A DNA stretch of 64,000 nt from Guillardia theta CCMP2712 (lineage: Eukaryota; Protista; Cryptophyta), in NCBI RefSeq assembly GCF_000315625.1, contig NW_005434668.1, forward strand, positions 812,533 through 876,532, in the 5' to 3' direction. The notes under the pieces are model-generated. The model had not been told where the DNA came from. It saw nothing but the letters and a program-made list of their open reading frames with translations, and ran no database searches. The position numbers were made by a program, and so were the translations under genes. Shown here in pieces: positions 54,888 to 64,000 of the stretch (the stretch's first letter is position 1; each line of letters opens with the position of its first letter).

Positions 54888-57189
54888 ATGGCGAAGCAGG
54901 CGGGGCAGGGAGGAGGGGGAGGTGGGCGCGGGAAAGCATCTTCCTCGTCGTCTTCAGGAGCAACAGCGACAACAGCAGGAGGATCGGGCTCGGGTGCAGG
55001 GTCGACGGGTGAAAGGCACATTCCCTTGATGAACAATGTCTTCGATAGCATACCTGATGTCGACATTGTTTTCAACAGACCAAAGAGACCGAGACATGAA
55101 AAGCGATCTAAGAAAGACGGTGAGCAGTCAGAGGCCAGGAGATCCGAATCCAATTCCTTGCCGAGTCAACACCAGGACAAAGCAGCCAAGGGAGAAGGGA
55201 AGGTGAAAGATGTGAAGAAGTCCAACCCCGGAGTGGAATCGAAGAAAAGGAAAGCAGAGACTGGCGTGAAGCTCGAAATGTCACCTGATGTCGTAGTCCC
55301 AGACTTGCAGGAAGTTGCTTCACAGGAAGTGAAGAAACCAAAACTAACTCATGAAATTTTATCATCCTCGACGGATGCCACAACTAAAGACGAGCGGGCA
55401 TCAAGGCAGCACGAAAATCTTGAAAACGAGCAGAAACCAAAGGACATTGTATTCACAGCCTCAGTATCATCGACAAACTTTGAAAATGAAGTCAGGACAA
55501 GACTGCCTGAGACAACACCCTTGAAGAATTCGGAGATCAGTGATAAGACAGCTGAGAACGCCAATAACAAGGAGCAACATTCCACAGAACAAACGACTGA
55601 GTATCAAGGAGCAGCCGAATCTTCGGATCGAGATACTCAGTTAGAGGGTCTCTGCAATGAGACGGAAAGGCACATAGATGGTTTGCTGGAGGATCAGTTC
55701 AAGGAGATACAGAGCATGCTGTGCGATTATGACAAGGACCTCAGCATTGACAAGACTCGGGACGTGATGAAGCTTCTCAAGTTTCAGCACCTCTCTGTGG
55801 ATCAGACCTCCATGCTGATCCAAAACTTGTGGAAACTGACTGAACTGTTCATCGAGCTCGAGAAGTTCAAGGAGGCGGTCGACTGTCAGCTCGTGAGCTC
55901 CGTGCTAGGGTCTAAGGCAGACGATGACCTAGAAGGTGGTGTAGAGGAGAGCAGCCAAGAGATGGAGGAGGGTGAGTTGCAAGCAAGCCAGTCAGACCGC
56001 CAAGACACAGTTGTCGAGATCAACAGAAGGAGGGAGGGAGATGTCCCTAACACGAACTCTCTCAGTTTGCAGACACGGATCGACTTGAAGGAGAAAGGGT
56101 ACTTGCCTGAACGAGATTATACATGCGACATCGTGATCAACAGCACGAACATGGAAGAATGGCAGGCTTTCGTGACGTTAAAGATATTCAAGCTGGGATT
56201 GAGCTTTGAGGCGAAAAGTTCAAATGAAGCTTCGAGGGATGCGGCGAAAAAAGGCGCATTTGAAAACCTAGAAGCTCGTATACACGAGAGGGCCTCTGAC
56301 CTCAAGCCCAACCATGAGACTCTAAAGAGAAGCAAGAGTGAGTTGTTTGAGCCGGTCACTTGGGAAGGAGTCATCCAGATCCAGGTTGGGAAAGAGGAAA
56401 ATTTGAACAAATGTGACATTGATCATGATGATAGGAACGTCATCACCAGTTTCAGGCAGGAAATTACAAGGCCCAGTTGAAAAGTGGACCAGCATCCGAT
56501 TTGATCAAGTCATGGCCAGGGTAAGGTATTGTCTCCTCTACGGATCTGAATCGTCCACTCAACAGAGAGTTTGCTTTGAGATTGCGGATGCTGAGCACTG
56601 CAAGAAGCTGATCAAGAACAGGTGCGTGAAGTACCATGTTTCCCTATTCCGCCCTATCCTGATTATCTCTCACGTCAGGCCTTCGAAGTGCAAAGTCTCT
56701 GTAGTCGAAGTAACGCCGATGGATCGCATCAACAGCCACCAGGATAAGCTCATGCAGCTCTTGAAGGCATGATGGGAGCCTTGTTAGTGAGATAGAATCG
56801 TCTTACGATGTTTGCAGAGTGGAAAAGCAGGATGCTTGAAATCAACACGCAACCTCTACTGCTACAAGGCCTATCTTTTTGGGTCTAACAGCCAGGTATG
56901 ATTGCACACAGGGACTTGCATCCCTTTTTTTCGACCCTCTCTGTACGAATTTCTTGACGTTTAATTCGCTGCGCAGATTCAGAAGAGGCAAGGGACCCCT
57001 CAGGATTCGTTTGTTTGTTTCATAATATCGGATGAGACTTCAAAGACCCTGCAGGATCAAACTATCCGTTGCAAGCAGTGCCACCAAAATTTTGTTTTGA
57101 CAGTGGGAGAGCAAGAGTTCTTCTTGGTAAGAAATCTCATCCTGCCATTTCGATGTCGAGAATGCAGGAAGAAGCGCAAAGAGAAATGA
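54888..57189 (+). CDS. hypothetical protein with possible dsRBD-like region and C-terminal zinc ribbon (zf-trcl-like), multi-exon
   Basis: 535-aa first exon; terminal IRCKQCHQNFVLTVGEQEFF..PFRCRECRK matches the CxxC..F...EQ.F..P.RC..CR zinc-ribbon pattern. Confidence 0.6.
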
Positions 57190-57340
57190 TGGACAATCCC
57201 AGAGCGTTGAGCTCCTTTCAAAGTCTGTAAGTTAGTGTATTCTACATACGAGTTTGGTACACTCTTTTCACGCATGTTCACCAGAAGATCATGAAAGAGA
57301 GAATGTATTTACACACGTTCCAATATAGCTCTTAGAACCC

Positions 57341-58447
57341 TCACAAAGTTACTGCAGCCGATCTCTGGAGCGCCTCATCAACAGTATCAAACATCACATT
57401 CGGCTTTCTGAAGAGAGTCTCGATATGCTTGTTGTCAGTGTGCTTAATTGTGGTCCGGATCCCGAACCCCTTGCAGTCTTGGATGCATCTCTCCACATCC
57501 TCGGGGTTGAGATAGGGATCATGGGGGTTGTACATGAAGATGCACTCCTTCAAACCGGTGGACGGAGTATTGAACACCGTGGCGATATGAACTGACGTCA
57601 TGTTGTCATACCTGTTCAGCATCGCTGTATGGCTGGCCCACCTTGTCCACTCTTCAAAGTCCTCGACCGTATCCTCAGGCAACTTTCCGATGGTGCGCAG
57701 CTTCTTGTCAGTGCGCCACTTGTGCTTGGCTCGCACGTAAGCGCCTCCCAAGCTCCACCTTGTCGTCTGGAAAGCCGTATGAACAGGTTCAGGAAGAACT
57801 TTGTTGACGAGCTCCAGCCCATGATCTTGCATGTACGCACGAGCAAAGCGGACGAAGGCCTTGGGCTGAGGCATGATCGGCGTGCTGTCCAGAACCAAGC
57901 ACTTGAAGGAGAAAGGAGCCCCCGCTGCTTCCATGCCCATGATCACAAGGCCGAGGTTCAGAAAACCACCAGACATGCAGTGGACAATATCAAAGTTCTG
58001 GCTTAGCTTCTCTCTCAAGTCCTTTGCTTCGTTGGTCTCTCCGAGGAAGCGCTGATACGTACGATACCATCCTCGCGGGGTAGCTATCTCTTTGACCAGG
58101 CTCTCTTGGATCACCACGTTGGTATATCCCTTCCGCTTGTAGATCCGCTTCACCAATTCAAGCTCCTTTGGAGCTGCATAGAACCAAGTCAACACGAGAG
58201 CACTTTTCCCTTCCTTGGGACTCCCAGCTTCTCCATCAGCGCTCTCTTCAACCATTCTGGCTCCTCGGACAGACTTGCGGTCGTACACACCTGGTCGGTG
58301 AATGTGCATATTTTTGAATGAAGAGAAGCGTATAGAAGTGTGGGAAGAAGAGATCAAAGTGGAAGGATGGACGAGAAACGCTGAAGAGCTCTGCATGACT
58401 GCCAGGAGCAGAGCCATAAGCGTGAGGCCGCATAGCCGAACCAGCAT
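57341..58447 (-). CDS. DUF829/TMEM53-like alpha/beta-hydrolase-fold protein, plastid-targeted
   Basis: Intronless; signal peptide ending SSA-F; VHCMSGG, LVLDSTP, MYNPHD, KH. Confidence 0.65.
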   Translation of the reverse strand: MLVRLCGLTLMALLLAVMQSSSAFLVHPSTLISSSHTSIRFSSFKNMHIHRPGVYDRKSVRGARMVEESADGEAGSPKEGKSALVLTWFYAAPKELELVKRIYKRKGYTNVVIQESLVKEIATPRGWYRTYQRFLGETNEAKDLREKLSQNFDIVHCMSGGFLNLGLVIMGMEAAGAPFSFKCLVLDSTPIMPQPKAFVRFARAYMQDHGLELVNKVLPEPVHTAFQTTRWSLGGAYVRAKHKWRTDKKLRTIGKLPEDTVEDFEEWTRWASHTAMLNRYDNMTSVHIATVFNTPSTGLKECIFMYNPHDPYLNPEDVERCIQDCKGFGIRTTIKHTDNKHIETLFRKPNVMFDTVDEALQRSAAVTL

Positions 58448-58966
58448 GGCGCTCGAGCCCTTAATTGGGGGCTGTGGGTCGGGGTCATCAACGCCTTCAA
58501 ACGAGAGGGGTGGCCGAGTTAAGTGCATTCTGAAAGAGGGGTAGGGGTGGAGATAATGAAGGGATCGTGGGATGTAATGTCAAATTACTTAAAGACTATC
58601 ATATAAAAATTGAAATTCATACTGCTAATGTGATCAGTCTTGATCCAAAAGGGGTGGGTATCCAAGGTACACGATCGGTCACGGGGTGGTAATAAATGCC
58701 AAGGGTGGGGTGAACAATGTACCCCACCTCTCCGAGAGCAAAATTGCGATACAGGAGGGGTAGGGTAGATTGTTCAGTCACATATAAGAGGGGTGACACA
58801 CTATGACCAATGGTGACCCAAAAATTCAAGAATCTCAAAAAAAACGTCGAAATCGCGGTGTGGTGCAAACCCCGAACGGTAAAACAACAAAGGAGCAACG
58901 AGAATATAGTATGTTGTGATTAAAAAAAGAACATCCCTGCAAATCCACCTGTACAAATCAATTCTT

Positions 58967-59148
58967 CCGAAGTCTAAACACCCGTCTGTTTATCTATCAA
59001 AGTAGAAGTAGGGGTGGGTACCAGGTTTGTGGCTCAACAAACTTCGAATATTTCCCGCCTTCCGAAGTTCCCGCCTTCATCCGAAGTCTAACTACCCGTT
59101 TGTTTATCTGTCGAACTTGAGTAGGGGTGGGTACCAGGTTTGTGGCTC
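58967..59148. repeat. two 68-69 bp direct repeats upstream of Fanzor
   Basis: 58967-59035 and 59081-59148 share CCGAAGTCTAA..ACCCGT.TGTTTATCT..AGTAGGGGTGGGTACCAGGTTTGTGGCTC (last 29 nt identical). Confidence 0.92.
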
Positions 59149-59290
59149 TGTAAAGATTTCCCCGCCCTCCCGCCTTCTCTCCCTCCCTCCCATCCTCCCT
59201 CCCGCCTTCCATCACTCCCTTCTTCCCGCCCTCCCTCCCTCCCTCCCTCATTCCCGCCTTCCGAAGCTCCCGCGTTCACCCTGATCAAAT

Positions 59291-61225
59291 ATGGGGAAAA
59301 GGAAAAGAGGAAAACAAAGAAAGTCTTGTTCTGATTCACAGACGACTGTCAAGATGTGTTTGAAAAAACATCTCAAACAACACACAATGATCGGTGTGAT
59401 TGATGATTGGGTGAAACACATAAGCAAAATAAGCCATCGAGGTAGCATCATCTTCAATCATCTATTGTTATGGTGTTTTGAGAAGGATTCAATGCAAGGT
59501 GATGATACGTACATTACACGGCTGTTTGATCAGATATACAATCGTACTAGAAAAGTAACAGACAAAGAAAAAGAAGAAGGGATGCAAGAAGAAACGGTCA
59601 AGACCAATGGTGGAGAGAAAGTTTTCTTTCGGACCTGTTTTCTGATGGGTGAAAAACGCAGAGGTAATGCAATTCAGTTTGATATTTTAGACGAGTTTTG
59701 GCAAGAAAAAGGGAACGAGTATCTACCAATACAACGCAGGAAAGAAGGGGATATTCGAGTACTGTACTATTCTGCTGATCAATATGCAACAAATTTCCAA
59801 AATTACATATTCTATACGATGGGACAAAAACAGACTAGATACATAAAGGAATGGGGAAAGCTCAATGGGATTTCTTCAGAAAAGGAGATACAGGATATAC
59901 GGAATGCAGTAAACGGATGGAGCTTTCCACCAAAAACTCGTGTTCTCGAAAGACAGGATGTCATTGATTTCATAAGGGAACAAAAAGAGATCATTGGATG
60001 GGACAATCATTATAACTTGTCATGGGCCCGTGACAAAATCAAGAAAAACCCTGAGCAGCAAAAATGGATGCAATTACACATGCCAAATCTTGTCAAGTAC
60101 CATTTTTCGGTTCTGAGGTTTTTGGAGATTCATGATATATCTGATCGATACACGATCGCTCCGATTTTTCAGATACGCAAACAATTTATTCGCGTAGACA
60201 TTTGGGGTTTATTCTACATTATGGATCAATCTGGTCTGTTGCAATATTCAAAGGGTGGGAAAAGCAAATGCATGAAAAAGTTCACACAACAAAAACATAA
60301 GCGATTCTTGTCGGTATTGAAGCTACAATCAAATTTGAGAAAGAAAGGGACAGTTGATAGCATACAGACTGACGGAGTCGCACTCTGTGTGACGTTCAAG
60401 AAGAGAATACACAATGAGACAGACCGTGATGATACTACTACAAAGAAAAGCAAAACAAGAGATTGTGATGTGTCCTCAAGACGAGTTATTGCAATCGATC
60501 CTGGTCGCAATGTACTGATATGCGGTGTCGAGCAAATACCTGGTCAAGAAAAACCAAAGCAGTATCGATATACTCGAAGGCAGTACTATCATGAGTCTCA
60601 TATTACTCGGAATAACGCCAAGTTAGAAAAATGGAGACAAGGCATAACAGAGGAATCAAACGATATTGCAAGAGTGTCAGCAAAAACGTCTCGGTTGGAT
60701 CACTTTGAAAGATACATCGACACCGTGGTGAGACTAAGCGAGATCCTGTTCGAACACAATTGTCAAAACAAGTTCGCACGCCTGAAGATGGATAACTACA
60801 TCCACAAACACAAGGCGATTGATACGTTCTTCAAGAAGATGAAAGGTAATGGGACAGATCAAAATCCAATAATTGCATACGGTGATGCATCATTCGGTTG
60901 TACTGGGCGTGGAGAGAAGTCAGTGCCTGTAAAATGGATCAAAAGGCGATGTCAGAACTTCTTCGAGGTGACGGTAGTTGATGAATACAGAACGACAAAA
61001 TGTTGCAATCAATGTCATCAAGAATTGTATGATTTGAGACGCAAACAAATCAACAAGAATGGTATACTTGCTGACGAAGTGTCAGTGGTGCGGGGTTTGA
61101 AATGGTGCAGATCCACCAATTGTGTTCAAAACCGTATCAAGTCTCGTGATGTCAATGCTGCTATGAATATTCTATTGTGCTACATGTCTCTACCAGCACG
61201 ACCAGATTTTCTGAAACGGCCTTGA
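59291..61225 (+). CDS. Fanzor1 (eukaryotic TnpB-like RNA-guided RuvC endonuclease), 644 aa
   Basis: RuvC-I VIAIDPGR (D403), IAYGDASF, rearranged RuvC-II VDEYRTTK (E565), Zn finger C572/C575/C606/C611, RuvC-III RDVNAAMNI (D620). N-terminal NLS-like KRKRGK and TVKMCLKKHL. Intronless and AT-rich. Confidence 0.92.
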   Translation: MGKRKRGKQRKSCSDSQTTVKMCLKKHLKQHTMIGVIDDWVKHISKISHRGSIIFNHLLLWCFEKDSMQGDDTYITRLFDQIYNRTRKVTDKEKEEGMQEETVKTNGGEKVFFRTCFLMGEKRRGNAIQFDILDEFWQEKGNEYLPIQRRKEGDIRVLYYSADQYATNFQNYIFYTMGQKQTRYIKEWGKLNGISSEKEIQDIRNAVNGWSFPPKTRVLERQDVIDFIREQKEIIGWDNHYNLSWARDKIKKNPEQQKWMQLHMPNLVKYHFSVLRFLEIHDISDRYTIAPIFQIRKQFIRVDIWGLFYIMDQSGLLQYSKGGKSKCMKKFTQQKHKRFLSVLKLQSNLRKKGTVDSIQTDGVALCVTFKKRIHNETDRDDTTTKKSKTRDCDVSSRRVIAIDPGRNVLICGVEQIPGQEKPKQYRYTRRQYYHESHITRNNAKLEKWRQGITEESNDIARVSAKTSRLDHFERYIDTVVRLSEILFEHNCQNKFARLKMDNYIHKHKAIDTFFKKMKGNGTDQNPIIAYGDASFGCTGRGEKSVPVKWIKRRCQNFFEVTVVDEYRTTKCCNQCHQELYDLRRKQINKNGILADEVSVVRGLKWCRSTNCVQNRIKSRDVNAAMNILLCYMSLPARPDFLKRP

Positions 61226-61400
61226 ATCACACATGGGTCTGGTTATACTTCAACCTGTTCTTCATAGAAAGGATGAAGTACGAGTCAGACACAAGGAAAT
61301 ATTGGCGTGTGGGTCTTCAATGATCCATAATTTCGACGGAAAATTTAGAATTTTGAAATTTTATGTTTTGTGTCGTTTAGCTAATATAAGAGGCTTCACC
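61226..61400 (+). ncRNA. candidate omegaRNA (scaffold plus guide)
   Basis: Long hairpin 61237-61290 and second hairpin 61308-61329 directly after the Fanzor stop codon. Ends inferred. Confidence 0.6.
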
Positions 61401-61509
61401 CTTAATAATTTGAAGCCAACATTTATTCCGCAACTTTTCAAGCATTTCAATCTTTCTGCCCAGTAGATTCCGTCAAATTTCAGAAGAAACACCCCTGGAG
61501 CAAAAATAC

Positions 61510-62916
61510 ATGGCGTCCGAAGCAAGTCAAGAAGTCCGGTGTGCACCTCTTCGCACTCTTTTTTTAATGTTGACGATGATGTTGATCAGGCGGTGTTACA
61601 TTCCGTTCCTCTCTCAACAAGCACGTTTCGTCTCGCCCATTCCCCCAATCCACGAAGTTGAATACATTTCGACCACTCTCTCGACCAGCCTTCCGAGCGG
61701 GCTACGGCAGATTCTGCTCATCCGGTGCAGGTAGTGACGATGCAGCACGAGACCAGATCTTGGTTATCGTTGAGTCTCCTTCAAAAGCCAAGATCATTCA
61801 AAGTTTCCTCGACTCCCTCTACGTCGTTGAGTCGTGCATGGGTCATGTTCGCGATCTCCCCCAGAGTGCCAAGTCTGTTCCTCCTGAATTGAAAGCTCGC
61901 TTCGGGAAGGTGGTTGGTGTGGATCCTGACAATCACTTCGAGCCCCTCTACGTCACTCTTCCTGGCAAAGAGTCAGTGATCAAAAAGCTGGAGGGGATCC
62001 AGCGCAAAGCAAAGGAAGTCATCCTTGCGACCGATGAAGACAGAGAAGCCTGGGAAGCAATCAGTTGGCATCTGCTCGAGCTGCTGAAGCCTAAAGTTTC
62101 TCACTCACGTCTCTTGTCGCTGCTTAGCTTGTTGTAGGTGCCGGTGAAGCGAGCTGTCTTCCACGAGATCACCAAGGATGCCATCACTCGCTCGTTCCAG
62201 TCGTTGCGATCCATCGATCTCAACCTTGTCCATGCACAGGAGACGCGGCGAATTCTGGATCGTCTTGCCGGGTTCACCATGTCGCCGCTGCTGTGGAAGA
62301 AGATAGCTCGCGGGTGAAGAGAAGCACTGTGAGCGCTTGCCACTGACTTGTCGCAGGCTTTCTGCTGGGCGAGTACAGAGTGTGGGGATGGCAATCATAG
62401 TGCGACGAGAGCTGGAGAGACTATCGTTTGTTCCTGCTGCTTACGAAGTTCGACTTGCGAGCAAACCTCTCAGCGGTAGAAGGCAGCGATGCCAGGCACT
62501 TCAGCGCCATGGTAGTTGAGGTGGAAGGGAAGGGGAAAGTAGCAACAGGAAGGGACTTCGACGCGAAAGGGCAGCTCCACGAGAGCTCAGGGAGAGGAAA
62601 ATTGATCCACCTTGACAAGGAGTCCGCGAACAGCCTCATGGAAGGACTGAAGCAGCAGGGAGCTAGCTGGAAGGTGAAGAAAGTCGAAAAGCGGGCACAG
62701 CGGCGCAAGCCTCCTCCTCCTTTCATCACCTCTACTCTGCAGCAGGAGGCCAACAGAAAGTTGTCGCTTAGCAGCAAGGAGTGCATGAGGACGGCGCAGA
62801 GGCTGTACGAGTCAGGCCTGATCACCTACATGAGGACAGACAACCCCACAAGCTTCGAAGATGAGACTTTTAAAACTTTGAAACGTCTTGAAGACATCAA
62901 CGTTTCAAAACTATAA
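61510..62916 (+). pseudogene. topA: bacterial-type DNA topoisomerase IA, organellar-like leader, disrupted and truncated
   Basis: LVIVESPSKAK, GHVRDLP, LATDEDRE, FHEIT, SAGRVQS, PFITSTLQQEA, AQRLYESGLITYMRTD. Insertion in the TOPRIM motif, frameshift at ~62445, and homology ends at ~62850. Confidence 0.8.
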
Positions 62917-63633
62917 AGTTTCAAACTTTCAAAAAAGTATTGTAAAACTAAAATAATATACATCTTCTTATTTAGTATCTTCAAGTCGCCCTCAGAGTTA
63001 CTTGAGATAAATGGTGAGGACAGCGGATTTGAATGGCCCTCGAAGTATGACAACTTCTGATTCATATCTCAAGGAATGCTGCGAAGCGACATGAAGCCAA
63101 GATAGGAACAGGGTGACATCAGGAACAGCACTGGCAACTTCAGCTCCCTTTTCCCTCTCTCTCACCATGCTGAAAATATCGCCTCCCAACTTGCGGGATG
63201 TTCTTGCGATCTCCTTCTCTCTTGCCGTTTGCCTGTTGCTTTATGTGGGAGCGCACAGGAATGTCGGACAGCATGCCCTCTTGCAGTCTGCATCAAGGAT
63301 AGGATACGCTGGAATTGTTCCCTACGTGCGGGAAAAACCGAGAAGAGTACAAGCGGTGACATGTGGAGGAGGTTCATCTGTAAGAGTAAAATCATGCTGC
63401 GCTCCTGCATTAACCTCCGACGACAGGTGGGCTGTGTTGTGCAATCCCTATCGAAGAGCATCAGGAACACATTCAGTGCCCCTGAAAAGAAGAGCAGGGG
63501 TAGGATTGCTGTGGAGAAAGCGGCGAGGGGACTGGGGTTCTCGCCCTGGCAAGTGGGCAAGCAAACAACTCGGCAAAGAGCGCACATACAGAAGAAGCTC
63601 GAGTCGACGAGCAACTGTAGGTCACACGGACAA

Positions 63634-63740
63634 TGCCTCCTTGTATTTGCTTCCTCCTTGTGGTGTTTGCTTCCTCCTTGCGTTTGCTTCCTCCTTGCGT
63701 TTGCCTCCTTGGGTTTGCTTCCTCCTTGCGTTTGCCCTTG
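63634..63740. repeat. ~17-bp minisatellite (GTTTGCTTCCTCCTTGC)
   Basis: About 6 imperfect tandem units. Confidence 0.9.
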
Positions 63741-64000
63741 TCTGACGATAGGATGGTTGCTCAGCGGGGTTCGGATTTCTTCGGAACATCGTGAATGGGT
63801 ATGAGAACCTTGATCACGAGATCGACTATGGCGGGAAGGAGTTGCCAGAGGTTGCCCATACAAGCTGCAGCCTTGATCGAGCTTCTACTGACGAATCGAC
63901 ATGAATGCAGCGGGGAAGCAAGCGTTTCAAAGCGCATCAAGCGATCTCGGAAACGGTAACGAAACATTTATGCCCAGAAGATTGTTATGTGACACTGGAG

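Larger units (their letters stand above)
58792..61383 (+). mobile_element. Fanzor1-carrying non-autonomous element (boundaries tentative)
   Basis: ATATAAGAGG direct repeat at 58782-58791 and 61384-61393; inside it, imperfect inverted repeats at 58821-58853 and 61330-61362. No transposase in the element. Confidence 0.5.

Noticed and set aside
59059-59074. 16-nt CTTCCGAAGTTCCCGC between the Fanzor upstream repeats exactly matches the reverse complement of 41501-41516, like a spacer-target pair
   Set aside because: About one chance 16-mer match is expected among all position pairs of a 64-kb window. TTCCGAA-type words recur elsewhere, and the sequence is itself part of a local repeat.
58967-59148. 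CRISPR array interpretation of the direct repeats
   Set aside because: Only two units of ~69 nt, the intervening sequence is itself repetitive, there are no cas genes, and the context is eukaryotic.
9890-61225. Crypton-like recombinase as the mobiliser of the Fanzor element
   Set aside because: They are 47 kb apart, share no visible terminal sequence, and this recombinase copy lacks part of its catalytic domain.
63113-63863. Three overlapping 190-230 aa ORFs as a possible transposase that interrupted topA
   Set aside because: No DDE, HUH or RT motifs, and they are partly built from the 17-bp minisatellite. A small spliced + strand gene is possible but unsupported.

Overview
Gene-dense eukaryotic nuclear DNA with many short (~40-60 nt) GT-AG introns, microsatellites and one 100-N assembly gap (4568-4667). 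Intron size, an RWP-RK gene and bipartite targeting peptides suggest a cryptophyte alga (Guillardia theta-like); this is inference only. About 25 host genes are present, including MenG/UbiE, a GT71 fusion, a degenerate kinesin, IadA, WD40, prefoldin-6-like, LRR, ART-ankyrin, nitrobindin, Myb, RecQ, RNF32-like, GT8, ClpS and DUF829. The most notable locus is an intronless, AT-rich Fanzor1 (TnpB-derived RNA-guided nuclease) ORF at 59291-61225. It has an intact RuvC triad, a strongly base-paired candidate omegaRNA right after the stop codon, duplicated structured 68-69 nt repeats upstream, and candidate degenerate TIRs with a 10-bp TSD. It sits beside a decaying bacterial-type topA copy. A second element, an internally deleted Crypton-like tyrosine-recombinase transposon (~9.9-12.3 kb), has a pair of reciprocally inverted palindromic sites upstream. 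Three normally non-secretory proteins (RecQ, prefoldin, ankyrin) carry signal peptide + (L/I)RGG leaders, suggesting periplastid or nucleomorph targeting. Coordinates of multi-exon genes are approximate and were read by eye.
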